A DNA stretch of 64,000 bases from Melioribacteraceae bacterium (GCA_011525875.1 WYBN01000007.1:220684-284683); one strand, 5' to 3'. Positions 18,597-31,729 are shown, counted from the first letter of the stretch. The notes: generated from the letters alone by a model not told the origin. Numbers and translations: made by a program.

Positions 18597-19895
18597 ATGA
18601 AAAAAGTAATTATTATTGGCGGCGGGTTTGCCGGATTAAGTACAGCTGTTTTTCTTGCCGATGCAGGTTATGATATAATTCTACTCGAAGCCTCGCCCAA
18701 GCTCGGCGGTCGTGCGTACTCATTTTACGACAAAGAGCTTTCCTGTACAATCGATAACGGTCAGCACATTATGATGGGATGTTATTCCAACACATTACAA
18801 TTCCTTGAAATAATCGGCGCCGCTGATGAATTGGAAATCCAGGAAAGATTGAATGTAGTTTTCGTGAACAGCCAAGCTCAACAGCATGAGTTGGCGCTTA
18901 AGTCAGATATTTATCCGCTTAATCTTACGAGAGCGCTGCTGAATTTCAAAGCTATCGGGATGAAAGAAAGACTAAAAATAGTTGATTTCTTTTTGGATCT
19001 TGCATTTACAGAAGATACTGATCTGGAAGACATCACCGTATTTGAATGGTTAAAAGAAAAAGGTCAATCAGACAGTTCAATAAAATCTTTCTGGGAAATA
19101 CTATCTATCGGTACGCTTAATTCCAGAATAGAAGAAGCCTCGGCTGCCACATTCAGCAGAGTATTAAAAGCTGTATTCTTACAAGGAAATGATGCCTTGA
19201 AAATTATTCTCCCTAAAAGAGGATTAAGCGAAATGTACTGCGGCTGCTCCGAAAACTTCCTAAAACAAAAAGGAGCGCAGATAAAACTTGGCGAAAAGGC
19301 AGCTTATATTGAAATTAAATATAACAGAGCAGTGAAACTAAAAACGAATAGCTCCGTCTATGAAAATTTTGATTACATTGTCTCTGCAATACCGCTTTAT
19401 TCTTTTCAAAAATTGATATTCGAGAATAGCAGCATTAAAACTCCCCGACTGGAATTGGAATATTCGCCCATTATTTCGCTGAATATTAAACTAAAACAAA
19501 ATCCGTTTGATAAAAAATTTTATGGATTAATCGACAGTTCGGCACATTGGGTGTTTAATCACGGGAATTTTGTCACAATTGTCTCAAGTGCTGCATTCGA
19601 ATTGCTAAACAAAACTAACGAAGAGATTTTTGATCAGTTTATTTTTGAACTTGAGAATTATTTCCCTGTATTTTCTCGGAATTTTGTTTTAAGTTACAAA
19701 GTGATAAAAGAAAAAAGAGCTACATTTATCCCGTTTCCAGGTTCAGAAAAAGATAGATGGAATATAGATTTTAATTGTGATAATTTGTTGTTAGCCGGCG
19801 ATTGGACTGCAACCAAACTTCCAGCTACTATCGAAGGCGCGGTTAAAAGCGGGTTTAATGCCTTTACCCGGATTACTGAAAATAATGTTCTGTAA
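18597..19895 (+). CDS. hpnE: Hydroxysqualene dehydroxylase HpnE (FAD-dependent amine-oxidase/phytoene-desaturase family)
   Basis: Rossmann N-terminus VIIIGGGFAGLSTAVFLADAGYDIILLEASPKLGGRA and C-terminal LAGDWT...PATIEGAVKSG. Confidence 0.75.
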   Translation: MKKVIIIGGGFAGLSTAVFLADAGYDIILLEASPKLGGRAYSFYDKELSCTIDNGQHIMMGCYSNTLQFLEIIGAADELEIQERLNVVFVNSQAQQHELALKSDIYPLNLTRALLNFKAIGMKERLKIVDFFLDLAFTEDTDLEDITVFEWLKEKGQSDSSIKSFWEILSIGTLNSRIEEASAATFSRVLKAVFLQGNDALKIILPKRGLSEMYCGCSENFLKQKGAQIKLGEKAAYIEIKYNRAVKLKTNSSVYENFDYIVSAIPLYSFQKLIFENSSIKTPRLELEYSPIISLNIKLKQNPFDKKFYGLIDSSAHWVFNHGNFVTIVSSAAFELLNKTNEEIFDQFIFELENYFPVFSRNFVLSYKVIKEKRATFIPFPGSEKDRWNIDFNCDNLLLAGDWTATKLPATIEGAVKSGFNAFTRITENNVL

Positions 19896-19951
19896 ATAAA
19901 TCTTGTGTTCTTTAGTATAAGTCATTTATCACAAATCAAAAGAGGTGAAAG

Positions 19952-21259
19952 ATGTCAAATTTAAAGGAAAAACTTTACGAAAAAATTGCTGAATGGCGTC
20001 CGCGAACTACCCGTTTGCTCAAGGAACATGGTGATGTAAAAATCGGCGAAGTTACAATAGCACAGGCAATCGGAGGGGCAAGAGGAGTTAAATGCCTTGT
20101 AACTGATATCTCATATCTTGACCCGTTTGAAGGAATTCGTTTCCGTGGTTTTACCATCCCTGAGGTCTTGGAAAAACTTCCTAAAGTTCCCGGCTCGGAA
20201 ATGCCGTACGTCGAAGGATTCTTTTATTTGTTGCTTACCGGCGAAGTGCCCACTATGGAAGAGGTAAATGCAGTTGCCGAGGAATTCAACAAAAGAAAAA
20301 AAGTTCCGCAGTATGTGTTTGATATGCTGCGCGCTCTGCCAGATGACTCGCATCCAATGGCAATGATTTCGGCTGCAATCGTCGGAATGCAGAGAGAATC
20401 GGTATTTGTTCGTAAGTACAATGAAGGTATTAACAAAATGGATTATTGGGATCCGGCGTACGAAGATGCCTTAAACCTTCTCGCTAGACTTCCTGAAATC
20501 GGCGCTTTTATTTATCGGCTTAAATATAAAAACGGCGATATAATTCCACCCGATCCAAAATTAGATTTTGGCGGAAACTTTGCTCACATGATGGGTATTC
20601 CAACACCCTATGACGATGTCTCAAGATTATATTTTATTCTTCACAGCGACCACGAAAGCGGGAACGTCAGCGCTCATACCGGGCATCTGATTGCAAGTGC
20701 TTTATCGGATGTTTACTATGCAATATCGGGAATGATTAATGGATTAGCAGGCCCATTGCATGGGCTGGCAAATCAAGAAGTGCTTGCATGGATACAGCAG
20801 GTTCACGAAAAAATGGGAGGGAAAATCCCGACAGAAGAAGATATGAAAAAATTTGTTTGGGATACTCTAAATTCGGGACAGGTAATTCCAGGGTTTGGTC
20901 ATGCCGTGCTGAGAAAAACCGATCCGAGATATACCGCTCAGAGAGAATTCTGTCTGAAACATTTGCCTGATGACCCTCTCTTTAAATACGTCGATGTACT
21001 TTACAAAGTTACTCCGCCGATTTTACTGGAACAAGGTAAAGCAAAAAATCCCTGGCCAAACGTTGATGCTCAATCAGGCGTTATTCAGTGGTATTACGGC
21101 GTGAGAGAATATGATTTCTACACTGTTCTATTCGGTATTGGCAGGGCGCTTGGTGTATGTGCAAATATTATCTGGGATAGAGCGCTGGGTTATCCAATAG
21201 AAAGACCGAAATCCGTTACTACAGCTATGCTCGAGGAATCTGCCGGAATTAAAAACTAA
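19952..21259 (+). CDS. gltA: Citrate synthase (eukaryotic-like type)
   Basis: 435 aa with GPLHGLANQE, GFGHAVLRKTDPRY and NVDAQSG catalytic motifs. Confidence 0.93.
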   Translation: MSNLKEKLYEKIAEWRPRTTRLLKEHGDVKIGEVTIAQAIGGARGVKCLVTDISYLDPFEGIRFRGFTIPEVLEKLPKVPGSEMPYVEGFFYLLLTGEVPTMEEVNAVAEEFNKRKKVPQYVFDMLRALPDDSHPMAMISAAIVGMQRESVFVRKYNEGINKMDYWDPAYEDALNLLARLPEIGAFIYRLKYKNGDIIPPDPKLDFGGNFAHMMGIPTPYDDVSRLYFILHSDHESGNVSAHTGHLIASALSDVYYAISGMINGLAGPLHGLANQEVLAWIQQVHEKMGGKIPTEEDMKKFVWDTLNSGQVIPGFGHAVLRKTDPRYTAQREFCLKHLPDDPLFKYVDVLYKVTPPILLEQGKAKNPWPNVDAQSGVIQWYYGVREYDFYTVLFGIGRALGVCANIIWDRALGYPIERPKSVTTAMLEESAGIKN

Positions 21260-21267
21260 TTTTTTTT

Positions 21268-21293
21268 TGACGGCTTGGTTCGCCGAGCCGTCA
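21268..21293 (+). terminator. Terminator-like GC hairpin after citrate synthase (non-canonical)
   Basis: TGACGGCT...AGCCGTCA forms an 8-bp stem. The T-run precedes rather than follows the stem, so this is not a classical intrinsic terminator. Confidence 0.3.
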
Positions 21294-21350
21294 GCTTAAT
21301 ACTGTTAAATTCTACCCCGAACTATTTTCTTTATTCCGTAAGTACAGCCG

Positions 21351-24300
21351 ATGATTGAATTGATAAATAAACTTACAACAAGGATACACGCAGGCAAAAT
21401 TTCGCTTGATCCGACAGAAATGGAAAGTACATTAAGCGATATTTTCAAGCTGATTGATCATATATGTGCCGGCAATAATTATTTTACTAACCGCGAATCG
21501 CAACTGAAAACTATCAATATTTTCGAAAACTTAACCAGAGCTGGATTGAGCGAAGCATTAATGGAAAAAGTTGATGCAGAGTTATTCTATAGATTTGGTT
21601 CGGCGCTTCTTGATGATCACGCTTCAGACGGATTTGACACTAAAATTATTTACGAATATTTGAACCTATTTCGCAGCTCGAAATTTCTTATAAGACTCAG
21701 CGAAGACATAAAATGGGAAAGACTTATTCTCGGCTTGATTAACAAGAGTGACTACACTACCCGCACTATGTTTTTTCAACGTACAAGGGATTATCCGGGC
21801 AAGACTTTATTTACAGAATTTTCCGGCGGTGAATTGATTAAACATTCATGGGAAAATGTATCTGCAAAGGTTGAAGTTTACGCAAAAGCCTTTTTATCTC
21901 TGCTGTCCCGAAACATGGATAAAGAAATCCATTGCGCATTTATTCTGGAAAATTCTTTAACTATGGCATTGCTTGACATTACATGTCTTGTAAACGGAAT
22001 TATCAATGTAATGATTCCTGCCAATTCAGTTGCAGAACATATAGAATTTATTTTGAATGAGACTAAAGCGCCTGTTGTTTTTGCCAATGACGAAAAACAG
22101 CTTGCAAAAATTAAATCTATAAAGAGCAAGCTGGCTTACTGCGAGATAGTGGTTTTGGTTAACGGTTCGAGCAGCGAGAAATGGGTGGAAAATTTTGAAA
22201 ATTTCTTAAAGTATCCGGCAGAATCCAGCAATGCGCTAACGAGCTTGCACGAAAGAAATGTGAGCGTTGATAAACTTGCAACTATTATGTACACTTCAGG
22301 CACTACTGGCGATCCCAAAGGCATAATGTTCTCGCATAGAAATATTATTTATAAAAGATTCTGCAGAGCGCTTGCCATTCCTGCTATTGGTGAGAATGAT
22401 AGATTTTTAGCCTACCTGCCGCTCTTCCATACTTTTGGAAGATACCTTGAAATGATGGGCTGTATGTTCTGGGCTGCCGAGTACATATTTATGAAGGATC
22501 CTTCTCCGCAAACGATGATCTCAAATATGCAGAGAATTAAGCCTACGGTTTTTATCAGCATACCGAAGAAATGGCTTCAGCTTTTTGAATTCATAACAGC
22601 AAAATTGAATATTGAAATCGAACCCGACGATGCGATTAGAAATATACTTGACGATACAACCGGCGGACAATTGAAATGGGGCTTGTCTGCCGCAGGCTTT
22701 TTGCCTTCTGAAGTTTTCACTTTTTTCCAGTACTACGGGATTGAACTAATGAGCGGCTTCGGAATGACAGAAGCAACGGGCGGTATTACTATGACCCCGC
22801 CCGGAAGATTCAAAGTGAATTCGCTCGGCAAAAATCTGCCAGGCATTAGTATTAAACTTGCCGCTGACGGCGAGCTTTTAATCAAAGGCGATTATGTGAT
22901 GATGGGATATTTTAACCAGGCTCCCTCCGAAGTCTTTGATGATGAAGGATGGTTTCCCACAGGGGATATTATGGTGATGGATGATGATAGCTTCATCCAA
23001 ATTATTGACAGAAAAAAAGAGATTTATAAAAATATAAAAGGCGAAACGGTTGCCCCTCAGAAAATCGAGAATCTCTTTAAGGATTTCGTAACCGTAAAGC
23101 AGGTGTTTTTAGTCGGTGATCACAGACCATTCAACACTGCATTAATTTTCCCCAACTACGAAGAAGAAAATTATATGCTCGATAAAATGAACGAAGAAGA
23201 TAAAATTAAATATTTTTCTTCAATCGTTGTTACAGTTAATAATTTTCTCGCTCCTTTCGAACGCATCGTGGATTTCAGAATAATAAGCCGTCCTTTCTCC
23301 GATGAGTTCGGAGAATTGACGACAAAAGGAACATATAAGCGGCGGGTAATTGAAAAGAATTTTGAAAATGAAATTGATTCGATGTATCAAAAGCCTCACG
23401 TCGAACTTATAGTTGACGACCTTGAGTTAAGAATTCCAAATTGGTTCTTACGTGAAAAAAGTTCGCTAAGCGGCGATATAGTTGCAATAAAAGACGGCAT
23501 AGCCATACCTAAATTGAATATTTCCCTTTGCGTGAAAACTATTGACAAAACCAGAAGACTTGTGCGTGTTGGTGATTTTATTTATAAGCTGAACAAACGG
23601 TACGTTGATTTCCAATCTGTATTTACTTCGCCGGAGGTCTGGCTCGGGAATAAAAGTCTTGTCGATTTTACCGGTGATGCCATTGTGATTTGGCAGAGAC
23701 AGTTTACAGATCGGATTGCGATAGAATACGATTCATGTATTAAAGTGGAAAACGGATTTGCCAAATGTTTTGACGAATTGGTCAAGTTTTTAAACGGAAA
23801 TGAAATCTCCACGGCAGGTCTGCACGAGGCAGCAATACTTCTTCAATCAATCAATGATGATCAAGTCGAATTAGCCGTAAAATATTTCAATATGGTTTTG
23901 ATCAAGGATGAATTCTCAGTACACTCGTTTGCTGTTGAGATATTGAAACGACCGAATTTGGTTAAATCAAAGGATGGCAGGCGTAAACTCTTTAAAATGA
24001 TTGCTAATCTATTCAGCGAACAGAATTTTCAAAATTATTTGAAGATTTATCTCTCTACCGATTATGATTTAATAAATGAAGATCTTATTAATTCGATATT
24101 AAATTCCGGAAGGAAACCCGATAAGCTTGACGCCCTTCTGAATTTAATTCAATATTATTTTAACGAGTCGGCTTATGCTGATGATTCGGTATCTCCTCTG
24201 CCGTCGCTGATAAAACTTATCGGGCTTTATGGGATACAACATCCCAGTACTTATGAGCGTGTCAGACAGGTTTTAGCGGAAATCCAGTTGAGAAGGGATA

Positions 24301-26135
24301 TAAAAAATTTTTCTGGTTATGCTGCCGAAGCAAGGGTTAAGTTGCGCGAAGGATTTAGAAACTGGATTGGTCCGAATCAAACCGTTGCCGTTGACCTCGA
24401 AACCGGCGATGAATATACCTGGGAAGATGTTATAACTTTTGAGGAGGGGATTGACGAAGAAGACCTTGCACGTATGAAGAATGCCATAATCAAACTCCCT
24501 GTAATAAGAGAAGCGGTGTTCCTTTTCTCGCGCGGCAAAATAATAACATTGAATAATCTTTTAACAGGCAGCATCTGGGTAAGCATACTTAGAAGTTATC
24601 ACAATAAAACCGTTTATAGAATCACGGTTCAGACAAGATTTCAAGGCTCCTTTGACCTTGTCTTAAATTTAAACAAGGGCAGAAAAATCGAAAATGTTAA
24701 GGATGAAATAAATCTTTTAATATTAGCCGGGTCGCGGAAATACATTCAAGAAAGAGTGGAAGACTTCGGCGGATATTGGGAAGAGTACGATTTGTGGAGC
24801 GGGAAATTCGTGCCTGGCGATCCAGTAGAAAAATTACTTCTGAAAGAATCCAGAAAAACGGATTTTGATTACGAAAGAAAATTGTATAATCTCTGGCCTT
24901 TTTTTGTTTGGAATGCCTCTGCGGCTTATTTCAACTTTTGGAGATTGACAGCTTATAAATTTATTCTGGCAGATCCGTCAACATCTAACTTTATTATACC
25001 TCCGCATGACTATCAAACAGGCACTAAGGTAATTTCTCTGTCGGAGAAAATACAATTCAAAAGCCTCATGGATATGTTTAGAAATTTTCATTCTCTTTTT
25101 ATAGAAGCCGCCGAAAATAAATATCCGTTCTTGAAAAATGAATCGGTATGGAGTTTTGTTTTTTCCGGGTTAATTAACGCCGAAGGAGAAGAGAAAGGTT
25201 TAACCATATTAAAAAACTTCAAGGAAGAGCTGATTAAAAATCCCTCGGAAGAAAAGGCCCGCTCTTTGATAAGTCAGCTTGAAGAATTTATTGAAATTGT
25301 TTCAAACGGAGATTTTATCCCCAAGCAGCTTTTCTTTTCGATCAAAAGATTTCACCGGTGGTTCGGTATAAATAAGGAAGCCGATTATACGGCACAGGCT
25401 CAGATGCTTATTGAACTGTTCGATACATACCGTTTGTTTGAACTTGAGGACGTTTATCCCGAAACACGGACATTGCTTTACCTTAAAACAGTATTCAGCG
25501 AATCTGAAGATCAGTTCAAACAAAGTCTTAAAGAAATTTTCAAGAAATATGGTTCCGGTAAAATCACAAAAGATCAGCATACAAGCTTATTAAGCAGTTT
25601 GTCGGTTTCTCTTAAATTATCGGAAAAGGAAAAGTATTTTCTCGCACGCCTTACTTATCCGCATTTAAAACCTTTAGACAGCGCAGAACTTATCGAGTTC
25701 AGCTCGGAAGGCAAAGCTACTACTAATTTAGTCGTTCACTGCGAAGATTATGACGGAGTGCCGTTCTACATCCGCAAGCCCGTATCTCCCAAGGAAATTT
25801 CCCGCCTTCATCAGCTTTTTCTTGAAGCCAATTTGCTTGTTACCTTTAAACAAGAGCATGAGTTCCTCGTAGCTATTTCCGAAAGGGGATTCATTATCGG
25901 CGGTCTTTTTTATAACCTTATAGATTCCAAAACAGCCCACATGGAAAAAATTGTTGTCGCTAATAATTTTAGGAGAAAGGGGATAAGCGATAGACTTATG
26001 AACGACTTTTTCGACCGCATGATTAGCGAAAAAATTGAAAATGTAACCACAGGTTTTTTCCGACCGGAATATTTCTACAAATTCGATTTCAAAGTTGAAA
26101 AAAAGTATGCGGGACTGGCAAAAAAACTCCGATAA
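21351..26135 (+). CDS. 1594-aa multidomain protein: N-terminal extension, AMP-forming long-chain acyl-CoA/acyl-AMP ligase (ANL), about 770 aa uncharacterised, then a C-terminal GNAT acyltransferase
   Basis: ANL motifs are YTSGTTGDPKG (nt 22290-22322), GFGMTEATGG, GWFPTGDI, DRKKEIYKNIKGETVAPQKIE and an A10-like GELTTKGTYKRR. The C-terminus has a GNAT motif A (IVVANNFRRKGISDRLM). The ORF is uninterrupted, with no internal stop. Confidence 0.85.
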   Translation: MIELINKLTTRIHAGKISLDPTEMESTLSDIFKLIDHICAGNNYFTNRESQLKTINIFENLTRAGLSEALMEKVDAELFYRFGSALLDDHASDGFDTKIIYEYLNLFRSSKFLIRLSEDIKWERLILGLINKSDYTTRTMFFQRTRDYPGKTLFTEFSGGELIKHSWENVSAKVEVYAKAFLSLLSRNMDKEIHCAFILENSLTMALLDITCLVNGIINVMIPANSVAEHIEFILNETKAPVVFANDEKQLAKIKSIKSKLAYCEIVVLVNGSSSEKWVENFENFLKYPAESSNALTSLHERNVSVDKLATIMYTSGTTGDPKGIMFSHRNIIYKRFCRALAIPAIGENDRFLAYLPLFHTFGRYLEMMGCMFWAAEYIFMKDPSPQTMISNMQRIKPTVFISIPKKWLQLFEFITAKLNIEIEPDDAIRNILDDTTGGQLKWGLSAAGFLPSEVFTFFQYYGIELMSGFGMTEATGGITMTPPGRFKVNSLGKNLPGISIKLAADGELLIKGDYVMMGYFNQAPSEVFDDEGWFPTGDIMVMDDDSFIQIIDRKKEIYKNIKGETVAPQKIENLFKDFVTVKQVFLVGDHRPFNTALIFPNYEEENYMLDKMNEEDKIKYFSSIVVTVNNFLAPFERIVDFRIISRPFSDEFGELTTKGTYKRRVIEKNFENEIDSMYQKPHVELIVDDLELRIPNWFLREKSSLSGDIVAIKDGIAIPKLNISLCVKTIDKTRRLVRVGDFIYKLNKRYVDFQSVFTSPEVWLGNKSLVDFTGDAIVIWQRQFTDRIAIEYDSCIKVENGFAKCFDELVKFLNGNEISTAGLHEAAILLQSINDDQVELAVKYFNMVLIKDEFSVHSFAVEILKRPNLVKSKDGRRKLFKMIANLFSEQNFQNYLKIYLSTDYDLINEDLINSILNSGRKPDKLDALLNLIQYYFNESAYADDSVSPLPSLIKLIGLYGIQHPSTYERVRQVLAEIQLRRDIKNFSGYAAEARVKLREGFRNWIGPNQTVAVDLETGDEYTWEDVITFEEGIDEEDLARMKNAIIKLPVIREAVFLFSRGKIITLNNLLTGSIWVSILRSYHNKTVYRITVQTRFQGSFDLVLNLNKGRKIENVKDEINLLILAGSRKYIQERVEDFGGYWEEYDLWSGKFVPGDPVEKLLLKESRKTDFDYERKLYNLWPFFVWNASAAYFNFWRLTAYKFILADPSTSNFIIPPHDYQTGTKVISLSEKIQFKSLMDMFRNFHSLFIEAAENKYPFLKNESVWSFVFSGLINAEGEEKGLTILKNFKEELIKNPSEEKARSLISQLEEFIEIVSNGDFIPKQLFFSIKRFHRWFGINKEADYTAQAQMLIELFDTYRLFELEDVYPETRTLLYLKTVFSESEDQFKQSLKEIFKKYGSGKITKDQHTSLLSSLSVSLKLSEKEKYFLARLTYPHLKPLDSAELIEFSSEGKATTNLVVHCEDYDGVPFYIRKPVSPKEISRLHQLFLEANLLVTFKQEHEFLVAISERGFIIGGLFYNLIDSKTAHMEKIVVANNFRRKGISDRLMNDFFDRMISEKIENVTTGFFRPEYFYKFDFKVEKKYAGLAKKLR

Positions 26136-26318
26136 AAGAAGCTGATCTAATGAAGAATAAACTCTCTTAATGAAACTGATAATTTATTCCGCCGAACATA
26201 TTTCTACCTGCCCGATTAATCGAATACAAAATATGAAGTACTGCATAATGGCTATTCTATCCCGATTGTGTTTGAAATTTTTTGCAAAACAGGAACTCTT
26301 TTTAGTTTACCTCTATAG

Positions 26319-29502
<3,184 letters not shown>

Positions 29503-29577
29503 GTGTGAATAAACATAAAATTCGATACTTTTCATTATATTTCACAACAAGAAAATCATTAATCAATTCGTTTCAAA

Positions 29578-30192
29578 ATGCTTAAAATAGCCGTTTTTGT
29601 TTCGGGTCGCGGTTCAAATTTAAGTGCTGTTATTAATTCTATTAAATCAGATGATTTGAATGCTGAAGTGGAATTTGTTGTTAGTGATAAAATTTTTTGC
29701 GAAGCCTTCAACATTGCCGCCGAAAATAATATCGCCACCTATTCCGTTTCCGAAACCCCAAAAGATGGCTGCGTTGATTATAATTTGCTTGCCGATGTAT
29801 TTAAAAAGAACGGAATCGGTTTGATTGTTCTGGCGGGATTCTTAAAGAAAATACCCGCCGAATTTATTGGCGAGTTTAATGAAAAGATAATTAATATTCA
29901 CCCGGCGTTGCTTCCTTCATTTGGAGGAAAAGGCATGTACGGGTTAAACGTTCACAAAGCCGTATTCGATAGATCGTGCAAAGTTTCCGGCGCTACTGTT
30001 CATTTTGTCGATAATGTTTATGATAACGGAAAAATTATCGCGCAGTACTGCACTGAAATTTATGAATGTAAATCTCCGGAAGAAATTGCGGCTAAAGTTT
30101 TAAAGTTGGAGCATAAGCTCCTTCCTTTTGTGATCGGGAAGTTTGCAGATAATAAAGTAATTATTAATAAAAGAGTTGAAATTTTAGAATGA
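29578..30192 (+). CDS. purN: Phosphoribosylglycinamide formyltransferase
   Basis: VFVSGRGSNL and NIHPALLPSFGG motifs. Confidence 0.92.
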   Translation: MLKIAVFVSGRGSNLSAVINSIKSDDLNAEVEFVVSDKIFCEAFNIAAENNIATYSVSETPKDGCVDYNLLADVFKKNGIGLIVLAGFLKKIPAEFIGEFNEKIINIHPALLPSFGGKGMYGLNVHKAVFDRSCKVSGATVHFVDNVYDNGKIIAQYCTEIYECKSPEEIAAKVLKLEHKLLPFVIGKFADNKVIINKRVEILE

Positions 30193-31721
30193 CAGATAGT
30201 AGTTCGAAAAAGTATGCTATACTAAGCGTTTCAAACAAAGATCAAATTGAAAATTTCGCGCAAAGATTATTCGCATCTGGTTATAGAATTTTAGCGACTG
30301 GCAATACCGCGAAGGCTATTAAGAATTCAGGCATTGAGTGCATTGAAATATCTGACTTTACCGGCTTCCCTGAAATATTTTCTGGTAGGGTAAAGACCCT
30401 TCAGCCGTCAATTTTTGGAGGGATTTTAATGCGGCGTGACAACGAAGAGGATAAATTCCAAGCTGAAGAAAATAATATTCCTCAAATTGATATTGTCTGT
30501 GTGAACCTTTATCCTTTTCCCGACGTGGTAAAAAATAAGAACGCTGAATTGAGTCAGAAGATAGAGAATATTGATATAGGCGGACCAAGCTTGATTAGAG
30601 CGGCAGCAAAAAATTATAAATTTGTTTCCGTGTTGACCAACCCTTCGCAATACAAGGATTTTCTTAATGAACTCGAGAGCGGCGGAGTTTCATTAGATAC
30701 AAGAATTAAATTAGCTTCGACAGCATTTTCTTATACTTCTTTTTATGATACCGTAATTGCAAATTTCTTTGAAGAAGAATTTAATCTGGATAAATCCGCT
30801 ATCAGATTAAATTACCCCATGGTTAATAAGCTCCGCTACGGGGAGAATCCTCATCAAAAAGCTTATCTGTTTGGGAACATGTCTGAATATTTCGAAATAC
30901 TTCATGGCAGAGAAATATCATACAATAATATTATAGACCTCGCAGCGGCGGTTGATCTTGTTAATGAATTACCTCCTTACTCGTGTGCAATAATAAAACA
31001 TACAAATCCATGCGGAGCGGCAAATGGGCGTACGACTCTTGATTCCTACAAAAAAGCACTCTCATGCGATCCAGTTTCTGCCTTCGGCGGCATTGTCGCT
31101 TTCAACTCAAAAGTTGACACTCAAACTGCCAACGAGCTGAACGAACTATTTCTTGAAATTGTCGCAGCGCCCGATTATGAAGAAGCGGCAATTCAGATAC
31201 TTCAAAAGAAGAAAAACAGAAGAGTAATAAAAATAGTTAAATTTTCAGAAGATGATCGTCTGAGGATAAAGGATATTCCCGGGGGATTGATCGGGCAAGA
31301 ACCTGACAAATCTTCGTTAAATGAGTTTGAATTTATATCCGTCACCGGACGCGAATGTAGTGCTGATGAAATTGAAGATTTGAAGTTTGCATGGACTGTT
31401 TGCAAACATACAAAATCAAATTCAATTGTTTACGTTAAAGACAAAAAATCTATCGGAGTCGGAGCGGGGCAAATGTCAAGAATTGATTCAGCAAAAATTG
31501 CTGCGGAGAAAGCCGCCGCTAATGGATTCAGCCTAAAGGGTGCTGTTGCGGCATCCGACGCATTTTTTCCCTTTGCCGACGGACTCACTGTTATAGCCGA
31601 AAACGGAATCAGCGCCGTAATACAGCCGGGCGGTTCGGTTAGAGACGAGGAAGTTATAGCCGAAGCAAAAAAGTATAACATCGCAATGGTTTTTACAGGC
31701 ATAAGAAATTTTAAACATTAA
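30189..31721 (+). CDS. purH: Bifunctional AICAR transformylase / IMP cyclohydrolase
   Basis: MGS-like N-terminal domain (ALLSVSNKD type; GGPSLIRAAAKN), LRYGENPHQ, and C-terminal FFPFADG...IQPGGS. A 4-nt overlap with purN. Confidence 0.95.
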   Translation: MTDSSSKKYAILSVSNKDQIENFAQRLFASGYRILATGNTAKAIKNSGIECIEISDFTGFPEIFSGRVKTLQPSIFGGILMRRDNEEDKFQAEENNIPQIDIVCVNLYPFPDVVKNKNAELSQKIENIDIGGPSLIRAAAKNYKFVSVLTNPSQYKDFLNELESGGVSLDTRIKLASTAFSYTSFYDTVIANFFEEEFNLDKSAIRLNYPMVNKLRYGENPHQKAYLFGNMSEYFEILHGREISYNNIIDLAAAVDLVNELPPYSCAIIKHTNPCGAANGRTTLDSYKKALSCDPVSAFGGIVAFNSKVDTQTANELNELFLEIVAAPDYEEAAIQILQKKKNRRVIKIVKFSEDDRLRIKDIPGGLIGQEPDKSSLNEFEFISVTGRECSADEIEDLKFAWTVCKHTKSNSIVYVKDKKSIGVGAGQMSRIDSAKIAAEKAAANGFSLKGAVAASDAFFPFADGLTVIAENGISAVIQPGGSVRDEEVIAEAKKYNIAMVFTGIRNFKH

Positions 31722-31729
31722 GAGGTCTC

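Noticed and set aside
19952-21259. Citrate synthase plus korAB as evidence for a reversed oxidative TCA cycle
   Set aside because: Direction of flux cannot be inferred from gene presence, and no supporting genes are in the window.
21268-21293. Canonical intrinsic terminator after citrate synthase
   Set aside because: The T-run lies 5' of the hairpin on the plus strand, and on the minus strand the stem would be followed by A's. It is only a hairpin, not a classical terminator.
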